Assembly (NCBI GenBank): GCA_043228905.1
Contig: JBHGNT010000018.1
Coordinates: forward strand, 11,966,001-12,030,000
Source: Azolla caroliniana
Lineage: Eukaryota > Plantae > Polypodiophyta
DNA: 64,000 bases
Direction of reading: 5' to 3'
How positions within the stretch are numbered: the stretch's first letter is position 1; each line of letters opens with the position of its first letter. The position numbers and the translations under genes were made by a program. The notes under the pieces are model-generated. The model saw only the letters and a program-made list of their open reading frames with translations. It searched no databases and was not told the origin of the DNA. Positions 58,131 through 64,000 of the stretch are shown one piece after another.

Positions 58131-61100
58131 GCGTACACATACTCTCTGTGTGTTGAGTTTTCCTTTCATCTTCTGTTGTTATCTGGCTGACCTGGTTTGT
58201 CAAACGATTCCGCATGTTTACTTTGACATGGTATCAGAGCGTGAGGGTTGAGAACCTCTGTAGCCGACAGATGCTTTCGAAGATAAACCCTACTACTCGG
58301 TAAGGACAGATAGAGAAAGATATGGACAAAGGTATGACGAGTTCACTTCCCACAGAGAAACTCCACCGGAGCAACTATGCGTCCTGGTCATATAAAATGC
58401 ACCAGTACCTATTGGGGCGTGAATATTGGAGCTATGTGGAAGGAACCAACGAGGTAGTGTCAAAGCCGACACATAAGGACTTTTTCTCGGCATGGGAGCA
58501 AGGAGTGAGCCAAGTATTGTACTACCTTGCGTCCTGTGTGCACGATCAGATACTTGGCTACATCAAGGATGCAATGACGTCGAGGGAGGCCTGGGAAAAT
58601 ATTTGAAAGATTTTTGCCGCGAGTACCACAACCTGTAAGTTGCAGCTTCGACAAGAGCTAAAAAATATTCGGCAAAGAGATATGTTGGTTACGGATTACA
58701 CCACTAAGATAAAGGAGATTTGTGACACACTTGGGTCCATCAACGTGATGGTGGACGAAGACGAGATGCTCCAAATCTACCTCGGTGGTCTAGCACAAGG
58801 GTACGGGCCAATCCGGACGGTGATCTGCACCTGGGAGAAGCCACCCTCCTTCTTCGACTTACAATCAATGTTGATGGTCGAAGAAAACCATGCGAGTGGG
58901 TCGAGGATCACTAAATTGGAGAACCGGATGTTGTACACGTAGTTGGATCGGCCCCATGGACGTGGAGGACGAGGTGGGTCAGCACACAATGGAGGCAGCC
59001 GGTAAGAGTAGGACCGAAGGCATAGAGATAGTGCCGATACCAGTTCCGGACCCTCCACAAGCAGGGGGAGTCAAAGTGGCGCCGGGAACAGGCAAGGAAA
59101 GGCCAACATGGAATGTTGGTGCTGTGGCAAGAAATGCTGGAAGAAGCGCGCCGATTCGAACAAATCTGGATACGGCAAAGCCGGTCGGGAAAACCGACAA
59201 AGCTTGCACTACGCGGAAGGATCAGAAGGATCCGGAACCGGGAAGACTGGTAAAGGGCCGGCCTTCGTGATGAAGCACAAGGCTAACTCGATGAAGAAGA
59301 CTACTTCTAAATCGGAGGAAGTATGCTATGTTGACTCCGGAGCGTCCAACCACATGACAAGCCATGAAGAGTGGTTCTCTTTTTTGGAAAAGCCGAACAA
59401 CCAGGGATTGTCGAAACCAGAGACAACACCCCTTGCCTGATTGTGCATGTCAGAGAAGTCCCTTTAAGCCATGTCAGACAAAAGGTGAAAGCTCATGAAC
59501 GTATTAGACATTCCGACTATCACAAAGAACCTAGTATCGGTTAGACAAATTGTTAACCAGGGAATGCAGGTGTGGTTTACGCACCTCGGGTGCTTCATCG
59601 AGGAAGGAGGCCGGATAATTGCGCAAGGGCGCAAAGAAGGGAGGATGTTCATCCTCACCACTAATGACGTCGGCACCACCATGTTTGCCCAAAGGACAGA
59701 AGATTGAATCAGACATCAATCTCTGGCACAAGCCGATCAGCCATGCCAATTCTTAGAGGCTTCAGGACCTGCAATCGAAATAGGTTGTGTTCGGTTTGCC
59801 AAAATTCAGTGGCTGGAAGGCCCAAGTTTATGAAGCCTGACAACTCGGGAAGCAACACCGGCTTCCAGTCCCCACCGAATGAAACCAGAGCCATAACAAG
59901 ATCGATTTAATCCATTCGGATGTAAGGGGGTGGGCACAAAACGTTAGTCTTGGCGGGAGTCGGTATTTCATCCCCTTCATTAACAACTACAGCCGAGCCG
60001 GCACGTGGATCTACCTCGTCGAGAAGAAAAGCGAAGTCTTTGACTGTTTCCAGAACCTTCAAAGTTTTTAGTCAAAAGGGAAACAAAGAGGAAGATCAAG
60101 TGCTTGCGGTCGGATGGCGGAAAAGAATACTTTTCTAGCCAATTCAACAGTTATCTGTAGCAGAACGGAATTTGGAGAGAATTCAGCTGCCGATACACAC
60201 CGGAACAAATTGGTGTGGCCGAGAGAAAGAACCGGTCGGTTATCGACGCACCAAGGGCAATGTTGGAGGAGAAGAGCATGCCCCAATTCTACTGGGATGA
60301 GGCGGCCGGTCGGCTGTCTACATCCAAAACCGGATCGGAGACAAGGTGTCAGCACATGAGTTGTATTTCTGGCGGAAGACAAATTTGAGACACCTTCGGA
60401 TATTCGGTAGCATAGCATATGTGCATGTACCGGATGAGAAGCAAAAGAAGCTAGATCCGAAGTCGGAGAACTGCGTCCTAGTCGGTTACTCGCATGAGCA
60501 AAAGGGGTATAAGTGTTATAACCCCCGGACTAAGCAGGTCCGAGTAAGCCGAGATGTCGAGTTTGATGAGACGACATCATGGTACTCCGTACCAACTCCA
60601 ACTCCCGACGAAGACCCAATTCCGGAAGATGAGGCTAGTGAGCCCGAGGAGGTCCAAGTAGAAGATGAAGAATTTGGCACTCTAGAAGAGAGTCCGATCT
60701 CATTCCGGCTAAGTGGAGCGAATGAGCGGCTGAGTCGGGATGACCACTCGGATGAAGAACCGGCGAGTAGTGGAGACTATGTCGTGCTCTCCCTACGCAA
60801 GGAATTGAGGAGACGGTTCACGCGCAAAGAGAAGTGGAAGAAGAAGACGCCAGAATGTGAAACCGACAACGATGAGGCAGATCGGAGCGAATCCAACTCC
60901 GGAATGGAAGAAGACAAATCTTCAGAAGGGAAGTCTGAACTGGCCACGATGGACCTCAAACCGGGTAACGAAAAGTTACGCCGGTCAACCCGTCAGAAGA
61001 AAACCGTCCTAAGGTACGGGTACAATGAATACATGGCGCATCACTATGCGTAGATGACTAAGGTGGAGAAAGTGTGTGAGCCAGAGAGCTACGGAGAAAC

Positions 61101-62336
61101 AACAAAAGACGCAAATTGGCATGTTGCTATAATGGAAGAAATGCGGGCACTTGATGCCAACAACACATGTGACTTGGTTGACCCTCCCCGATAGTGCAAA
61201 CCGATCGGTTGCAAATGGGTGTGCAAGGTAAAGTACAATGCCGAAGGTTCGGTCAACTGGTACAAGGCCCGGTTAGTGGTGAAGGGATATGCACAAACCC
61301 ACGGAATCGACTACAACGAGACCTTCGCTACGGTAGCGAAGATGACAACGGTTCATGTGGTACTGATGGTTGTTGGGGCAAGGGGATGGCATCTTCACCA
61401 AATGGACGTGAAGAATGCATTTCTTTTAAGGTGACCTTGAAGAATGGGTCTATATGATCCAACCCCCCGGTTTCAAATCAGAGATGAATAAGTCGGCAGT
61501 GAGCCGACTCAAAAAGTTTCTTTACGGTTTGAAGCAAGCCCCTCGAGCTTGGAATGCAAAGATTACACACTGATTGTGTAAGATGGGGTTTGCGGCCTCA
61601 AAGTCCGACTCTTCATTGTTCATTTGGAACGGTCTGGATGGTCCGGTTTGCATTCTGCTTTATGTAGATGATTTCGTCATCACCGGACCCAAACTCATTG
61701 AAATTGACCCGAACTCATCACCGGACGCATTTGAAATGAAGGGCCTGGGGGACCTTCATTATTTTCTTGGGATCGAGGTGATCTAAACCCCGATGGCATA
61801 TTTCTCTCACAAATACACTATGTGCTAAATATGCTGTACAAGTTCGGCATGACGGAATGTTGACCGATCTCCACACCCCTGGACTAGAACCTGAAGCTAT
61901 GCCCCAACTCCGGACGGACCTACGATGAGAAACGGTTCCGAAAAATTGTCGGAAGCCTTATCTACTTGACAATCACCCGACCTGCAATCAATTACCCGGT
62001 CGGAGTGATCAGCCAGTTCATGCAGCCAGTTCATGCAGACACCAAATACTACGGTATGTTAGCGGCACGAAGGATTGGGGATTGTTATACCGACAGGGTA
62101 TATAGATGGGAAGCTAGTCAGATATCTTGATGTCGAATGGGCTAGTGATGCATCGGATCGCTGATCCACCTCCGGTTACATGTTTTCTCTAGGTAGTGTG
62201 GTTGTTGCATGGAGCAACAAAAAGCAGCCAATAGTGGCTCTGTCGAGCATTGAGGCTAAGTACCCGAGCGCTACCATTGCCACCTGTGAAGCCATCTGGC
62301 TTCGGCGACTATTGCGTGAGCTCCAGATTGAGGTGC
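57767..62336 (+). mobile_element. Ty1/Copia K (J family), degenerate, interrupted in RNase H by L; 5' LTR 57767-58228
   Basis: Met PBS 58229-58240; gag ATG 58322 (EKLHRSNYASW); PR, INT and RT fragments collinear with J. Confidence 0.9.
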
Positions 62337-62421
62337 TGTGAAAAGAATAGCATGCAGAAGCAATAGAAAACCAAATACAGAAATGCAGGTTTAATGGAGA
62401 GCTTGAATATACACAGTACGC

Positions 62422-62466
<45 letters not shown>

Positions 62467-64000
62467 CACACACAACTCAATTCAAAAAATAATACTCAAT
62501 ACTCAGTGAGCACTTTTATACAAGTCCATACGGACTGATAGAAGTACTAACACGTACTTCAATGCTCATAATTGAGCTCTACACTAACTCCCAAAATGTA
62601 TTCCTACGCGGAATATCTTTTTAACGGCCTCGTAGTTTACGCACCACTACGTCTTCTTGTTGCACACCGGTCTGCGCACCCGGTTTATGCACCAGTCCAA
62701 CCTAACCGATTCATCCCAACCGATCCAGTTCTCGGCTTGAACAACCGATCCAGCCAATGTTGAGCTTGTATCTCAACACTCCCCCTCAAGCTCAACTTGA
62801 GGTTCCATTTGCTCTTCCGGATCCACACTCCGGTTCCTTCTGGCTTCATGCCTTGCTCGCGCTCCTCGACCTGTTCGATTCCGCGCGCCTCGACTCTTCC
62901 GGTGGGCTTGCGTGCTCGTGCGGCCCTTCTCAGCTCCCTTGCTGTCGCGGTGTTGTTGCTTCTTATGTTGCCTTCTCTTCTGCTTGGCCCTTAGTTGATT
63001 CAGCGTATCCGAATCAATCATCCGAACCGACTCGACTTCCTCTGATTGGTTTTCTCTTTCGTTCAAGTTGGTTGTCTCCAACTCGTCTTTGGTCTTCTCA
63101 CCCTTGATGGCTTCGTCTCCCCCACGCTTGGTTGGCGTCGGCTGTTTCTTTTGACTGCTCCCCCTTGGATCCGACTTGGCGTCGCGGTCTTCCGGAACTT
63201 CTCTCCCCCTTCCGTGGTCATTCGAAACGTCTCTCCCCCTCAAGTTCGGCATGTCGAGCTGACGCAACCCAAGCACACCCGAGAATTGCCGCAACTTGTC
63301 CAGACCAAGAGGCTTGGCGAAGATGTCGGCGGTCTGTGATCCATCGGAACATATTGAAGTTCGACTTCACCGGAGAGGATACGCTCACGGACGAAATGGT
63401 AGTGCACCTCAATGTGCTTAGTCCGGGCGTGGAAGACGGGGTTCTTTGCTAGCTGGATGCTACTGAGGTTGTCAGAGTAGATTATCGTTAGATTGGATAC
63501 CTCCACCTGTAGATCCTTAAGTAACCGCTTCAACCATATGGCTTCACATGTCGCAACATCCGCTCCTCTATACTCGGCTTCAGTGCTCAACATTGCAACT
63601 ATCGGCTTCTTCTTGTTACTCCATGCGATCGCGACACTCCCAAGAGAACGCGAAACTGGATGTGAATCGGCGATCGACGACATTTCTGGCCCAATCAGCA
63701 TCAGTGTAACGAACCAACTGCGTGGCAATATCGGTCTGATATAGTAGCCCTCGGTCCTTAGTGCGCATACTGAAGATGCTCCTCAGTAGGTTGCGCCATG
63801 AACTAACTAATCACCCTGACTGGGTAGCTGAGATCTGGTCGGGTGATGGTCAAGTATATAAGGCTTCTGACTATCTGTCAGAACCTTGTTGGGTCGCAGG
63901 GTTTATCGGAATTGGGGCAAGGCTTGACGGTTGTATCTAGAGGAGTCGAGAAAGACTTACAGTCAGCCATCATGAATTTGAAGAGCATACTCATCACGTA
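62337..64000 (-). mobile_element. Ty1/Copia L (J family), 3' end; 3' LTR 62337-62778; continues off the right edge
   Basis: PPT 62779-62790; RNase H (STEAEY, RTKHIEVHYHFVRE) in ORF 63240-63728; charged tail ORF 62773-63294. Confidence 0.9.

Overview
This window is a gene-free pile of nested retrotransposons from a eukaryote, most likely a non-seed land plant (moss, liverwort, lycophyte or fern). That host assignment is inferred from the element mix, plant-type tRNA primer sites and many CG/CHG C>T nonsense changes. I resolve about 18 insertions or fragments: one 5'-truncated LINE, eight Ty1/Copia copies (A, B, D, H, I, J, K, L), two chromoviral Ty3/Gypsy copies plus a solo LTR, a tRNA-Trp-primed Gypsy family with 4-bp TSDs (near-intact G, gag-only C, decayed O and a protease fragment), and a non-chromoviral Gypsy family (near-intact N with an extra 3' ORF, gag-only M). 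TSDs were read directly for B, C, G, J, M, N and the solo LTR. The most unusual signal is that N and M have no polypurine tract before the 3' LTR. In its place is a conserved copy of a tRNA 3' half (T-arm with an inserted hairpin, acceptor strand, CCA) ending 2 nt before the LTR, which suggests a non-canonical tRNA-based priming mechanism. Other signals: a -1 frameshift site with an H-type pseudoknot between protease and RT in G, gag-plus-acidic-tail non-autonomous partners in two families, Tf1-like self-priming in F, heat-shock-element arrays in chromoviral LTRs, and a duplicated PPT with a charged Pol tail in one Copia family. tRNA identities and clade names are from memory and need database confirmation.
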